NCBI GenBank assembly: GCA_040285745.1 | Contig: JAUFOR010000003.1 | Span: 620,001-684,000 of the forward strand | Origin: Barthelona sp. PCE | Lineage: Eukaryota | Length of the DNA: 64,000 bases | Reading direction: 5' to 3' | Part shown: positions 10,301-20,237 of the stretch, one piece after another | Layout of the letters: every line of letters begins with the position of its first letter | Position numbering within the stretch: position 1 is the first letter of the stretch | The notes under the pieces: model-generated | What the model saw: only the letters and a program-made list of their open reading frames with translations | Told to the model about the DNA's origin: nothing | Database searches by the model: none | Position numbers and translations under genes: made by a program

Positions 10301-12549
10301 AATATGTCTACTCAAACGTTTTTGTTGATCGTGAGAGTATAATTCGTATTCTAGATCCCGTCATTATAGCCGATGTGTTGGACAAATGTAAGGATCTTCC
10401 GATTCCTTCCTCTTATTCTTATGAGTTTTATTACTTACAAATCATCAGATCCGTAACATGGTTCCTCTATGAGCGTCCTAGTAATGACTGTGATGAAAGA
10501 AGAGATGCCATTCATTACATGCTAGACAACCTGCACCTTATCAAGAACACGGATATCAAGATTGAGATGTTGTTTGCTATTGTATCTTTTTCCCATTATG
10601 GTTTGTACTCATTGTTTATAGCCAATGATAAGAAAAAGTATCAGCGGGCGCTTTATAGCGACGGCGTGTACAGGAAGTTGTTCAAGATAATTATCGAACT
10701 GTATGAAGAAAACGCAAAGTTTGCGATTCTTTCCAAACTAACTGATTTGTTCAACAACATCCTTGTCTACTTCCGTATCCCCAAGACAAAGATCAAGCTG
10801 ACTGACTTTGAGTCAAACCATGACCATTGGCTCAACCTAACGCAAAGCTTCTCATTGGATGATTGGAATGAAACCATGTTTATTGATAAGAATCCTTACG
10901 CTTGGTCGTCGAAACACAGTCTTCCAGAAGATTTTGCTGTGAAGAAGAGTATTTATGTTCGCGATGATGTGAAATGCCCAATATTTGTCGAGTTCACCCA
11001 ATTTTTCAGTGAAATTTTGCTTAAAAATGATGCTATCTCAAGTATAACAAATGCATTAGTCGAGAGCGAAGGCACAAATGTCATGATTACAAGTCGGATC
11101 GCCTGCTTGTCAAATCTTGAAGTCTGTAGCAAATTTATTGATGCTGCTAAAAATATGCTCAACGAGACCGCTGAATCCACACGCGCAAAGCGTCATCTGG
11201 TAGCTTGCACTATCGCCGCATCGCTATGTAGGTCATGTAAGCACATGGATGTTGAGAGGGTTAAGTTCATATACGCAGGCGCAATAGAAATATTTCAAAG
11301 AATCGTTGCTGATGGAACTCTTCATAAGTTTGAAACTTTGTACTCATCTGTCATGTGTATGACTGCGGATCGCGAAATAAGACGACTGAAACCCATCTTG
11401 GATCTTGGTTTCTCGATGCTAGAGCATAGCATTAAAACGAATACGACCAGGACAACCCAGATGTCACTCATGTTCATCCGTGCCGTCAGTACTGAATCGG
11501 TGTGGAAGGGTGTTCCGTATGTTGCCGAACGCATAATGCCACATATGAAGATCTTGCTCTCGTCCCCCTTTGCCAACATACGATCGGAGTGTGTGTTGCT
11601 CCTTGCGGATCTCATTCGATCGTGCGCAACCGCCACATTTGATGAGCATGGTAAACTGATTAGGGGACAGATCATATTCTATGATAAGTTTGTGGATCAC
11701 CTCTGCCAGGTCTTCATGGAGTTCTTGAAAGATGCTTTTGATCCTGAACACTTCCAACCCATCATCAGGGATCTTGCACAATATGAAATGCGTCCATGTG
11801 AGGAAGCTCTCAAAACTGTTCCGGAGTTTTTAACACATTTTCATCAGAAAGAGGTCATACTCTTCCCTTCAAAGTTTTTGAACGTCTTACTGTACTGCCA
11901 TGTCATGTGTGCATCTCACTCGCTCCCATTCTTCGCCAACAAGTCTGTAGGTTCTTGGTGCTACTACGTCACGCAAAAGCTTTCTATGACAGAGATGCAG
12001 GAACTCCTTGCATATATAATGGGTGATTATGATGAAAAGTTTCTCCCCAATGTTAGAAGAACCGCCAACTCAAACTTCTTCATGCTTAAGATTCTTCTAA
12101 CGCTTTTTGTTAACAAACCAATCAAGTTCAGAGATATGTTTATTGAACCCATTGTTAAACTTTTAGTTGAAGAATGTTCAACAAAACTGTGGGCGCTCTT
12201 CTCAGAGATTGTTACCAAACTTCCAGTGTTTGGCGATCCAGTTTTCCTTGAGTTCATGGATAAACTCATTGAACGTGTTGGTATGGATGATGTAGATCAG
12301 GTGAATAAGAAGTTTTGTGCAAATGGTATCAGTGCTGTTCTTAACTATGAGTCATATGTTATCTTTGACTACATGAAGCATTTACTTTTTACATTACCCA
12401 GTTTACCACGCACAAAGAAAGTTGAAAAAATGGTAACAAACTTTAAGAAGATTCACAAAGATATCTATGATGATTTCTTCGAAGAATTAACTAACGAACA
12501 ACAGGAAATTTTGCTTGATTTCGAACCTTACACACATTACTTGATTTAA
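7387..12549 (+). CDS. PSME4: Proteasome activator PA200/Blm10
   Basis: 1720-aa HEAT-like protein with FIDKNPYAW. Its C-terminus VTNFKKIHKDIY...ELTNEQQEIL...YLI follows the PA200 C-terminal pattern (F+RTH.D.W...FT.DQ...L...YYA). Confidence 0.82.
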   Translation: MDPRIKETVLPPLRHREHLNNITKGFCEKLEQATAKHNSLNVEPSADSIALMLEIASDLTVYMNSEAYLVVDREILEKLTNLSLKALYTLNPGEQLGDLFLTVVLWVLRAVPDMHFDDIDWDAVFRMYEYHYNFYTKDNKRRSYNLFMANYLDMLSLLRFRIPVEYEAKLISKLKYLLCPVDIKATTACSLLSMFLPCVFTDVKPTPDPHGFIGYDRPSRMSNYIIDQNIASVTAAPHRINTDITELPSNGIEIIMDFCSLKSDYYGDMCFMADWYGFPVLMCNPNVRCTHFDRVVDLILDILLENWHFLPHIFMVLPDCLNDFVYEYFESSKIILFVNLALNRHNFDDLIKKYHNALLFIANNSAPGANETDLFYNLAQRFLQGYKILIDVNKQRNEKMKLTDDQLQFMLNGMTEALFYVIIGRPNHRLNYYYLVEEKMASRFDHLALQTLREPDRVGKKLALIQIQTMNLKKYFTDRKFPDYFLRLTILALDMFTANVPEMALPIIIQYVGMFFSLISPDIEPEDDFDFTVQRYLEEIGYKFVDVLFDCLRTKVSSSGMTRSLKETIIFAIYEFNRVYAAFEEMSSLGAIFIHYIDRVKDTIQSVMINSKTSIIYARALSICPHLVQKQSMKIIRRMTETNVNNVMLNSALNYLQMGIFNTPIKLHYYYELVPLLLEFVTNGVSPETLETIFFTVQCLLVSLMTCRYEQGVNPNSKFAAYETHSYKDFEFEMKCPSQEDIELISSEMTVVRDLYYSELEAGNYTAASVLFHMLTPFIRFCPEKNYPLPYGQIFSYDLVTDGILPSSDAVFDDLAAMLNDAMNTSMPLKLISSCIEALSFRYIIFYPCAGQVILKMDGVIENQYRALFLDHGLDETDIFVSACFAATYLRNLPQYHPDMQLLYIPKSILWLLANEHSSIRQAAGELIQHFFTRCNDHPLFFKPYFNMINDLLIKNPESMPMVASLTHELTEYVYSNVFVDRESIIRILDPVIIADVLDKCKDLPIPSSYSYEFYYLQIIRSVTWFLYERPSNDCDERRDAIHYMLDNLHLIKNTDIKIEMLFAIVSFSHYGLYSLFIANDKKKYQRALYSDGVYRKLFKIIIELYEENAKFAILSKLTDLFNNILVYFRIPKTKIKLTDFESNHDHWLNLTQSFSLDDWNETMFIDKNPYAWSSKHSLPEDFAVKKSIYVRDDVKCPIFVEFTQFFSEILLKNDAISSITNALVESEGTNVMITSRIACLSNLEVCSKFIDAAKNMLNETAESTRAKRHLVACTIAASLCRSCKHMDVERVKFIYAGAIEIFQRIVADGTLHKFETLYSSVMCMTADREIRRLKPILDLGFSMLEHSIKTNTTRTTQMSLMFIRAVSTESVWKGVPYVAERIMPHMKILLSSPFANIRSECVLLLADLIRSCATATFDEHGKLIRGQIIFYDKFVDHLCQVFMEFLKDAFDPEHFQPIIRDLAQYEMRPCEEALKTVPEFLTHFHQKEVILFPSKFLNVLLYCHVMCASHSLPFFANKSVGSWCYYVTQKLSMTEMQELLAYIMGDYDEKFLPNVRRTANSNFFMLKILLTLFVNKPIKFRDMFIEPIVKLLVEECSTKLWALFSEIVTKLPVFGDPVFLEFMDKLIERVGMDDVDQVNKKFCANGISAVLNYESYVIFDYMKHLLFTLPSLPRTKKVEKMVTNFKKIHKDIYDDFFEELTNEQQEILLDFEPYTHYLI

Positions 12550-12558
12550 CTAACACAA

Positions 12559-14619
12559 TCATAAATGATTGTCGTATTTATCAATTATTAAAGTAATAAA
12601 CTGTTTAGTCTCATCCGTTTGATCCATAAATCTAATTTCATTAAATACATTACAATCTTCAAACGCATCTTTCATCAAGGGAACTTCCATCGTGTACCCT
12701 ATTAGAATGAGTGTAATCGAAGTTACATGTGTGTTTATGTTATTTAATAAACAGAAACGAAGCAATTTGGCAAATCGCACAAAAATCTTCTGTTCAACTG
12801 GATTTTTTGTTGCTGCAATTGTATTTCTCAGATTACTTTGATGGTTTGTAAGCAAAAAGATTTCAAGTAAATGTCCAAAGAACTTTTTAATACCTTCAAC
12901 CTCTTGAAAAGTAACAATAAACTCATCAGCTATTAATATCAAATCTAAAAAGTACTTACGATGATTATTATCAAATAGAAGGCGAAGAATATCACGCTTG
13001 GTGCGATTATCTCTCAACAGACCGTGTAAAAGTGTTAATGCCAAAGATACTGTTCCAAATTCATTAATTTGTTTGTCAACAAACTGACGCAACAAACGAA
13101 TAAAAATAGCAAAAACACTAATAGACTGGACATCGGTCAAGAATTCCTGGACAGCCGTTGTATCTTCCAATCGATCATCAAGTGTGTTGAAATACATAGC
13201 GTAATCAAAATCGTTCTGAATGTATACATCCGAAGAAATACTTAAGAGCTCAGAGAGAGAGTAATCCTCGATGGGGACATAGACGTTAATGTATTTCTCT
13301 AGTTGTTGGAAATACTCCTCAGGAATACATTCCTTGAGAGTCGAGCTGACAGTTTCGTTATAATCCTTTGGATCATTCATACGTGAGAACTGTTGTTCAA
13401 GGATCATTGGAACTAGTTCTTTGTGCTTGATAACCAAAGGAAACCTATACAGAGGCAAAAAAGCATCAAATTGATCAACTAATCGAACAAGCTGCATGAA
13501 AACCATTGAAAACTGAGTGATCATGCTACCTTCTAATTCCTTGATTGCATCAAAACTCATTAAAACACTAATAATGAAATCTTTATGCTTTTCTTCATCA
13601 GTCATTATCGTAAAAATTAACATACACCATTCCAAACCCATTTGTGGGTTTTGTACTAATAGCATTCTGAACAGGTCTGGGAATCTGAATATAAATGAGT
13701 TTGATTCAAGCAATTTCGAAGTAAACTGTGATGTGTTAAACAATGGAGCAAAATGTTTAAAAAACTCAGTCACTGTGCAATGCCCAAAGCTATATTCGAA
13801 TACACGCTCAATAATATCAAAAATATACTTTTCCTTAATTTTATCAAGAAGATGAGGGGTTTGTAAAATAGAATTCATCATATTAACTCGTTCCTCTAAT
13901 GAACAGTCAAATTTCTCACAGAAAACAATGACACGGTTCTCAAATTGGGCAAAGTCGTTTGCTTCCGCTTCGGCCTTCTCTTCAGGTGTTTGCTCTTCTT
14001 TCTGCGATTCATCAGTTATGGTTTGAGAGATATCCCAACCTGTTCTATCATAGCTTGGTTCAGCAGCTTCCTTCTCAATACTAACAGGACGCTCGGGTAT
14101 CGGCTCTGTTTCGTCTTCAAAAGATAGATGTTTCGTAGTTGTTACTTCAATTTTGCTGATACTACGATGCAAATCAGAAATTTCATCCAATGAATTAAGA
14201 GACTGTTTGACCAGCGCTGAAATAGCGCGGCTAGTCCTATCCATGCGCTTTTTGTAAAAATTCAATGTGTTGTGTGGTTTAGTCAATGCAAAGTCCACTT
14301 TATCGACAGGCCGTATAACGCTGCTCATCGTATCCACGGTGGTGATAAGTGAAACGCACGAATCTGTTAGATTAGATGCAATTGTTGCAGAGTCTAACGC
14401 TTTTTCAGAGTAACGTGTATTTGTCTCCTTGCAAACACGCCAATACTCGTCACGCTGCTCTAACACTCCATCTCTGTTGCTACTCAACGAATGCAAACGT
14501 GCAACAGTAGAGTTTAACCGCTTTTGCAGAGCAGTATTGTAATTGATAAGATCTATATGCTCTTTAAGGTTTGGAAGCGATTCTTCGCTGGCCCTAAGCC
14601 CCAAATCAGTGTCTTCCAT
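12559..14619 (-). CDS. Hypothetical protein, N-terminal coiled coil plus alpha-helical repeat region
   Basis: 686-aa ATG-initiated ORF filling the space between its neighbours; no family recognised. Confidence 0.7.
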   Translation of the reverse strand: MEDTDLGLRASEESLPNLKEHIDLINYNTALQKRLNSTVARLHSLSSNRDGVLEQRDEYWRVCKETNTRYSEKALDSATIASNLTDSCVSLITTVDTMSSVIRPVDKVDFALTKPHNTLNFYKKRMDRTSRAISALVKQSLNSLDEISDLHRSISKIEVTTTKHLSFEDETEPIPERPVSIEKEAAEPSYDRTGWDISQTITDESQKEEQTPEEKAEAEANDFAQFENRVIVFCEKFDCSLEERVNMMNSILQTPHLLDKIKEKYIFDIIERVFEYSFGHCTVTEFFKHFAPLFNTSQFTSKLLESNSFIFRFPDLFRMLLVQNPQMGLEWCMLIFTIMTDEEKHKDFIISVLMSFDAIKELEGSMITQFSMVFMQLVRLVDQFDAFLPLYRFPLVIKHKELVPMILEQQFSRMNDPKDYNETVSSTLKECIPEEYFQQLEKYINVYVPIEDYSLSELLSISSDVYIQNDFDYAMYFNTLDDRLEDTTAVQEFLTDVQSISVFAIFIRLLRQFVDKQINEFGTVSLALTLLHGLLRDNRTKRDILRLLFDNNHRKYFLDLILIADEFIVTFQEVEGIKKFFGHLLEIFLLTNHQSNLRNTIAATKNPVEQKIFVRFAKLLRFCLLNNINTHVTSITLILIGYTMEVPLMKDAFEDCNVFNEIRFMDQTDETKQFITLIIDKYDNHL

Positions 14620-14675
14620 TAGAAAAGGGTGTTTTTGCTTTTTACATATCTTCCATCCATTTAAAAACCATTAAT

Positions 14676-16127
14676 ATGACATCAAGGACTAACTCGTCAT
14701 ACATGGACTTGAAAAGAAGCGGTCGTAGCCAGGATATCCGTAAACAAAGGGAAAGATCTCGCAAAAAGGGCATTATTATTCATTGCTTCCATTGGATGGT
14801 CGAAAATGGGTTCATAGATGCGGCAAAGGCTCTAGAAACAGCGTCATCTGTCAATATGGAAGAGTTTTGTTTGGCGGATAACCTTGATTTAGAAGCAGTT
14901 GTTAAGAGTTTTGAAGTTAAGTACGAACAGGACTATGGCAAGTTCCCCACGCTGTTTAGAGCAAGAGATCCTCCCGCACCTGGGGAAAAAAAAAGACGCA
15001 AAAGGCCTAATCCGAGCAAACGTAGCGCTTCCAATCCACCTGCTAACAACAAAAAGAAGGAAGATAATGGGCCTCTTGACCTTGGCGTTGAGGCAACAAA
15101 GGTGACATCAACGGCAGCTAGACATAAAACATTGCCGGGTCATAGCAGAGTTGAAGATGTTGAGGAAAAGAATGAATTTTTCGAGAACAGAGTGCTTAAA
15201 CCACTCCCACAGCACATGTTTGGTGGCAGTGATGAATTCAAAGTACTTGTTAGCGCTGTTCAACGAGAAATTATTCAGACAAACCCAAATATCACATTTA
15301 ATCATATTATAGGTCAAAAAAGAGCTAAATTGCTGCTAAACGAATCTCTAATTCTACCAATCCGATTCCCTTCTCTTTTTTCTCAGGGATTACGTTCTCC
15401 ATGGAAAGGTCTATTGGTCTATGGACCACCTGGTGTTGGTAAAACATTGCTGGCAAAGGCAGTGGCGACTGAGTGCCAAGCAACTTTTTTCAACATCAGC
15501 GGTAGTACAATTGTATCAAAGTATAGAGGTGAGTCATCAAAGCTGGTACGAATTCTTTTTGATTTAGCTCGATTCTACGCGCCATCTGTTGTTTTCATGG
15601 ACGAGATAGATTCTGTGTTCTCAATGAACTCGGACGAGCATGAAGCAACAAGGCAGATGGTTGCTGAACTCCTTGTTCAAATGGATGGAGTCTTGAGTGA
15701 TGATACTAATCAAGTTTTCCTACTTGCTGCAACGAATCATCCTTGGAACCTCGCAGCACCGCTCATCAGAAGGCTTCATAAGAGAGTTTATACTCCCTGG
15801 CCTGATGAAAGTGATCGCAAAGCAATGTTAGATCAGTTTTTAAAGGGGTTAACGGATGAAACGGTTAATCTTGATGAGATCAGTGCATTGACGGAAGATT
15901 ACACAGGTGCAGATCTTCGTTTATTGTGTAAGGAAGCTGCAATGAGGCCTGTTAGAGAAATCATGCAGAAACTTGGTGAGATGGCTGTTACAGACGAAGA
16001 GGCGGACGTAGATGTACGCCAGATCTCACAAGATGATATGAAAGCAAGCTTGAATGTTTCAAAGCGAAGTGGAATGTACTCTGAAGATCGGTATCTGAAG
16101 TGGAATGAGAGTCACCAAAACAGCTAA
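14676..16127 (+). CDS. KATNAL2: Katanin p60-like 2 AAA ATPase
   Basis: N-terminal LisH-like region with LADNLDL, PWKGLLVYGPPGVGKT Walker A, VFMDEIDS Walker B, SKYRGES pore loop and YTGADL. Confidence 0.9.
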   Translation: MTSRTNSSYMDLKRSGRSQDIRKQRERSRKKGIIIHCFHWMVENGFIDAAKALETASSVNMEEFCLADNLDLEAVVKSFEVKYEQDYGKFPTLFRARDPPAPGEKKRRKRPNPSKRSASNPPANNKKKEDNGPLDLGVEATKVTSTAARHKTLPGHSRVEDVEEKNEFFENRVLKPLPQHMFGGSDEFKVLVSAVQREIIQTNPNITFNHIIGQKRAKLLLNESLILPIRFPSLFSQGLRSPWKGLLVYGPPGVGKTLLAKAVATECQATFFNISGSTIVSKYRGESSKLVRILFDLARFYAPSVVFMDEIDSVFSMNSDEHEATRQMVAELLVQMDGVLSDDTNQVFLLAATNHPWNLAAPLIRRLHKRVYTPWPDESDRKAMLDQFLKGLTDETVNLDEISALTEDYTGADLRLLCKEAAMRPVREIMQKLGEMAVTDEEADVDVRQISQDDMKASLNVSKRSGMYSEDRYLKWNESHQNS

Positions 16128-16398
16128 AGTAACTCATAACAGTATTATGACGTTGTAAATATTTAAAAACAATGAGGCCCATATTTGGCTCATAAGACTT
16201 CTAGAATTCGTATTTAACTTGAATACCTTGAGCTTTAGATAAAGAACATCCTTGTTGCGCATGTTATTTTCTGTTTTAAGGAGAAGGAAATGCTTAAAGA
16301 ATATTTACTCTTAACATTGACTTTATTCAAACTTTTTGACCTTGTTCATCGGTTTAGTTTCATAAAACTTCCTTTTTAAATCCTTTAGAATCCCCCAA

Positions 16399-17253
16399 AT
16401 GATTGTTACCATAATTTACTGTTCCTTGACGGATAACACGATAAAGACGGCTGAGTTCATTGCAAACAATATCCCCGACGTCGAAAAAGTCAACAAAGTT
16501 GATTTTACGATGTATCTCAAGCTCGGACTCAACCCTGGACAAATTTCCATGATTGAAGAAGCCGATATTCTGTGTGTCGCTTCTCTGGCCTGGTGCTTCA
16601 CCTGCCCTCCTTGGTTTACTGAGGCTGTCAGATCTTTGGATTCCTCTATTATGCAGAAACCTTTCTATGTCGTTGCAGGACATGGAGGTGGACCAGGACG
16701 TCAGACTAAGCATCTTTTCAACCTCATGTCACGTCATGGCAACACCAAATGTATTGGAGTTTTTGAAATCAAAGGACCTAGTGGTTATATTCCTCTTAAT
16801 AAGAAGCTTTCAGATTATAGTAGGCAAATATTCAACTTCCCAGAAGAGAAGTGCAGAGAATTTGTTGAAGAAATGATGGAGCGTTTGCACAATGAAGACT
16901 ATTCCGTTCCCAGGATGAGACCTTTTTATGCTCCTCTTACTCTCTTCAAAGCCCCATTTTTCCAACGTACTGCTGTCGGCCCTATTAATATCAATGTTGA
17001 TGAATGTATTTCTTGCGGAAAATGCGCTAGACTATGTGTTTCTGGTGCTATTAAAATGATCAAGAATGAAGAAAGAGGTATTAAGCTTCCGGTATACGAC
17101 AGAGACCTGTGTGTCGGATGTACTAGATGTTTGAATGTGTGTCCCAAGGATATTATCCATGGAAAACATACTGATCGAGTTCGTTGGGATTTCTCCAATA
17201 AGGATAATCACATTGTTGATCCAAGCAACGAAGAAACCGCTTACTATGAATAG
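16399..17253 (+). CDS. Flavodoxin-like domain fused to 2x[4Fe-4S] ferredoxin (EFR1 family)
   Basis: N-terminal IIYCSLTDNT flavodoxin-like loop; C-terminal CISCGKCARLC and CVGCTRCLNVCP motifs. Confidence 0.85.
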   Translation: MIVTIIYCSLTDNTIKTAEFIANNIPDVEKVNKVDFTMYLKLGLNPGQISMIEEADILCVASLAWCFTCPPWFTEAVRSLDSSIMQKPFYVVAGHGGGPGRQTKHLFNLMSRHGNTKCIGVFEIKGPSGYIPLNKKLSDYSRQIFNFPEEKCREFVEEMMERLHNEDYSVPRMRPFYAPLTLFKAPFFQRTAVGPININVDECISCGKCARLCVSGAIKMIKNEERGIKLPVYDRDLCVGCTRCLNVCPKDIIHGKHTDRVRWDFSNKDNHIVDPSNEETAYYE

Positions 17254-17445
17254 ACATGTAAATAATTTGTTTTATCTATTCCTGCCTGCCTAGATAATTA
17301 AAAAATTGAAAAATGTTGTAGAATAAGGTGCGCCTTTAAAGAAGGAGCTCCTCTAAAGATTTAGAATGTTGTTAGCGTGGTTGAAATAACAGTACATGAT
17401 TATAATGACATGTGAAAAATTGTTTGACATTTTTTACCTCTTTCA

Positions 17446-18093
17446 ATGCAAAAGGATCACTTTCAAAACACCGTACAGACACTCACCAACATCTACTATC
17501 AGACTGTCCAGGAACGTGATGATAGTATGAAAAAACTTCAGTTTGAGCTTTCTGAGAAGCACGAACAGCTATCCGCACATCAAAGAGAGATCGGAGAACT
17601 CCGCCGCCAAAACAAACTGCTTCAGGAAGAGCTTCAGAAGTCACATCAGCAAACCAGTGCAATGCAAGCAAAATATGCAAACTTAAAGCGTAAAATTGCC
17701 GATCTCAGTGATGATCATACCGAATTCAACCTCATGGACACATCCACCCTCAATACTTCATCTTATATGGCTAGCCCTGCTCCTCAACCTCTCAAAACTC
17801 CCGTCATGGATCGTACACCTGCTTCCATATACGCTCGTACACCTGTCACGGCCACTCAGAGGGAGATGCCCGCAACAGGCGCTCCTGTTGATGCTCATCA
17901 TTTGTACAGACAAATTCAGCGTGTTTTGGATGAAGAAAAATTTAAACGTTTTTCTGCTGCAATCAGAGATTTTAACTCTCAAGTTAAAACCTCTCAAGAA
18001 GTGATGGGAATTGTCTATGATTTATTAGGTCAGGATAATCCTTTTCTTTACGAACAGTTTGGTCGTTTACTTGAATCTATGTATGAGAATTAA
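17446..18093 (+). CDS. Coiled-coil protein with At4g15545-like C-terminal helical domain
   Basis: N-terminal coiled coil and TP-rich linker. The C-terminal VDAHHLYRQIQRVL.EEKF..F...I..FN...LLG.DN..LY..F..LL pattern resembles the At4g15545 domain. Confidence 0.7.
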   Translation: MQKDHFQNTVQTLTNIYYQTVQERDDSMKKLQFELSEKHEQLSAHQREIGELRRQNKLLQEELQKSHQQTSAMQAKYANLKRKIADLSDDHTEFNLMDTSTLNTSSYMASPAPQPLKTPVMDRTPASIYARTPVTATQREMPATGAPVDAHHLYRQIQRVLDEEKFKRFSAAIRDFNSQVKTSQEVMGIVYDLLGQDNPFLYEQFGRLLESMYEN

Positions 18094-18108
18094 TGAAATA
18101 AATACCTT

Positions 18109-20037
18109 TTAAAAATTTGCAACTTCTATAAAGTCTTCATAACACACTACTTTCGTTGATTGAAGAAGCTCGATTAAATTTAGATTAAAATCTTCCATAT
18201 CCAAAATATGGTCTTCTAAATCATACCAAATACGCTTTCCTGTTATCATATAATCTTTAACCTGCAAATTTATCATGAAAAATTCATATTTGTTCGGACT
18301 TGAAAACACACGATATTCTGGAGAAAGAAAAAAAGGATAGGGAAAACATTGATTCAAATCGCATATATCTTCTTTATCATCATCGTATGTGAGTAAACTA
18401 CCACCGGAAATAAACATATTCTCATCTGCAAAAAAAATGCAATCCATATCATCAGGTAACGGTAAATCAAACTCAACATAATTTCCCGTTTGATCATACG
18501 CCATATAAGAGTCGATATCGAACTCCAATTGAATATAATAAAATGCATAGTCATAATGATCATCCATTAAAACACTCTTTGTATTGTATGGATTGATTAT
18601 TGGAAAATATTCAGATGGTTTAAAAGGTACATCTACTCGACCAATAATCTCTCCATTTTCATCAAATTGAATGAAAAAAGAATGAGATATGTCAGCTATT
18701 TCAGCAAATATATATCCTACATCCTCCACTAAACGTACAGAGTTGATCATACTAAAACCTAATACTTCATGTCGAGTAATTATCTCTTCAGTTGTGTGCG
18801 CCAGTAAGCAATTTCTATTCGAGTATGCGTCAATAATTTTCGATGATGTACTTGGTACTACAGTACTATGCATTGTAATGCCAGTCTCAACATTGATAGC
18901 TTTAAGCGTATCATCAGACATCTCAACAAAATATGAACCAGTCAGCGGAAACATGCGTTTTTTACCTTCTCCTGTAAACTTTGATCCCAAAAAAACAGCA
19001 ACAAAGCCTCGAATAAAATCAAAAAATAACAAACTGCTTCCTGTCTTAAAAGCTGGCTTAAAATCAACATCTAAATCGAGTGTGGATATCTTCATATCAT
19101 TTGTGAGGGTGAACATGGTCTCCCTGTCTGTCATTTGTGCATCAATTCTGTAAACTGCCCCTGGATCTGACATGACCTTAAACAACTGACCATTTCTGTC
19201 TGAAAAAATATTTATGAAATTAGTAAAAGTTGAATCTAGATGAAATCCATGCTCTGAAACGCAATATAAACTTCTGTACAATGATTGAATGAAACATAAT
19301 GCATGATCAATAAAAAACGCACCCCGTAAATTCTTTGGTAACCAATCCGTTACTTTTTGCATCAAATTTTGATATTCATCAACAATGTAAGGTGCACCTC
19401 TCACAGATTCAGCAACAAAGAAAGCTCTTCCATCATGAAGTATTACATCTCTATATCTTTCATGATTGAGAAGTCTAATTGTCCCCGAATTGGTCTTTCC
19501 AATGTTCTTTAGCAACGGATGAAAAACTTCTTCCATATTGACCTGACCATTTGAATCCAAATATAACAAGGAAATTAGATCATCCTTTAAGATCATTGGA
19601 TAATATGAATTTTGAAGAGCAATTGCATTACGACATAGTATACCAGGAACTTCAATGCAAGTATCATCATGAAGTGAATGAATAGAAACAAATTCTGATC
19701 GTTCCCTAAAAACATATCTATCATGAAGAATTATATGATTTATCATCGTGCTTGGTGCTTTTAGATTATGTGTGTGTATAAACCGATCATTTTCAAACTC
19801 AAAAAATAGAAGAGTATCTTCTAATCGCTTAAAAAACAGATTTGAACAACTACAATATTGTAGATAGTTGTATTTGAAGTCACTCTGTGAAACTAGTGTT
19901 GAATGTATGATGAAAGGCTGTGGTTCATCTAAACCCATTGCATTTAAAGAAATTACTGAATAGCAACCCGATTTTGCAGTCCTGGACAAGTAATAATCAT
20001 GGCCCGTGAACAGTGGTGCCTGAGAAGGACGTGGCAT
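18109..20037 (-). CDS. Hypothetical beta-strand-rich protein (lineage-specific)
   Basis: 642-aa AT-rich ORF from ATG 20037, rich in F/I/Y/D; no known motif. Confidence 0.65.
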   Translation of the reverse strand: MPRPSQAPLFTGHDYYLSRTAKSGCYSVISLNAMGLDEPQPFIIHSTLVSQSDFKYNYLQYCSCSNLFFKRLEDTLLFFEFENDRFIHTHNLKAPSTMINHIILHDRYVFRERSEFVSIHSLHDDTCIEVPGILCRNAIALQNSYYPMILKDDLISLLYLDSNGQVNMEEVFHPLLKNIGKTNSGTIRLLNHERYRDVILHDGRAFFVAESVRGAPYIVDEYQNLMQKVTDWLPKNLRGAFFIDHALCFIQSLYRSLYCVSEHGFHLDSTFTNFINIFSDRNGQLFKVMSDPGAVYRIDAQMTDRETMFTLTNDMKISTLDLDVDFKPAFKTGSSLLFFDFIRGFVAVFLGSKFTGEGKKRMFPLTGSYFVEMSDDTLKAINVETGITMHSTVVPSTSSKIIDAYSNRNCLLAHTTEEIITRHEVLGFSMINSVRLVEDVGYIFAEIADISHSFFIQFDENGEIIGRVDVPFKPSEYFPIINPYNTKSVLMDDHYDYAFYYIQLEFDIDSYMAYDQTGNYVEFDLPLPDDMDCIFFADENMFISGGSLLTYDDDKEDICDLNQCFPYPFFLSPEYRVFSSPNKYEFFMINLQVKDYMITGKRIWYDLEDHILDMEDFNLNLIELLQSTKVVCYEDFIEVANF

Positions 20038-20237
20038 CAGACTAAAAATGTGGCTACAAAAAGCAAAAAAAGTAAAAAAAGACAAAACAAAATTTTGTGG
20101 AACTTAATTATCCTTATAACTTTAAATTCCCCATTAAAAACATTCCAGAAACAAATTAAAAACATAGAAACAATATATCATGCCGTAATTTTTACTCAAC
20201 AATAACAGCGTTACTGCGCATAGTGACACTTATGCAC

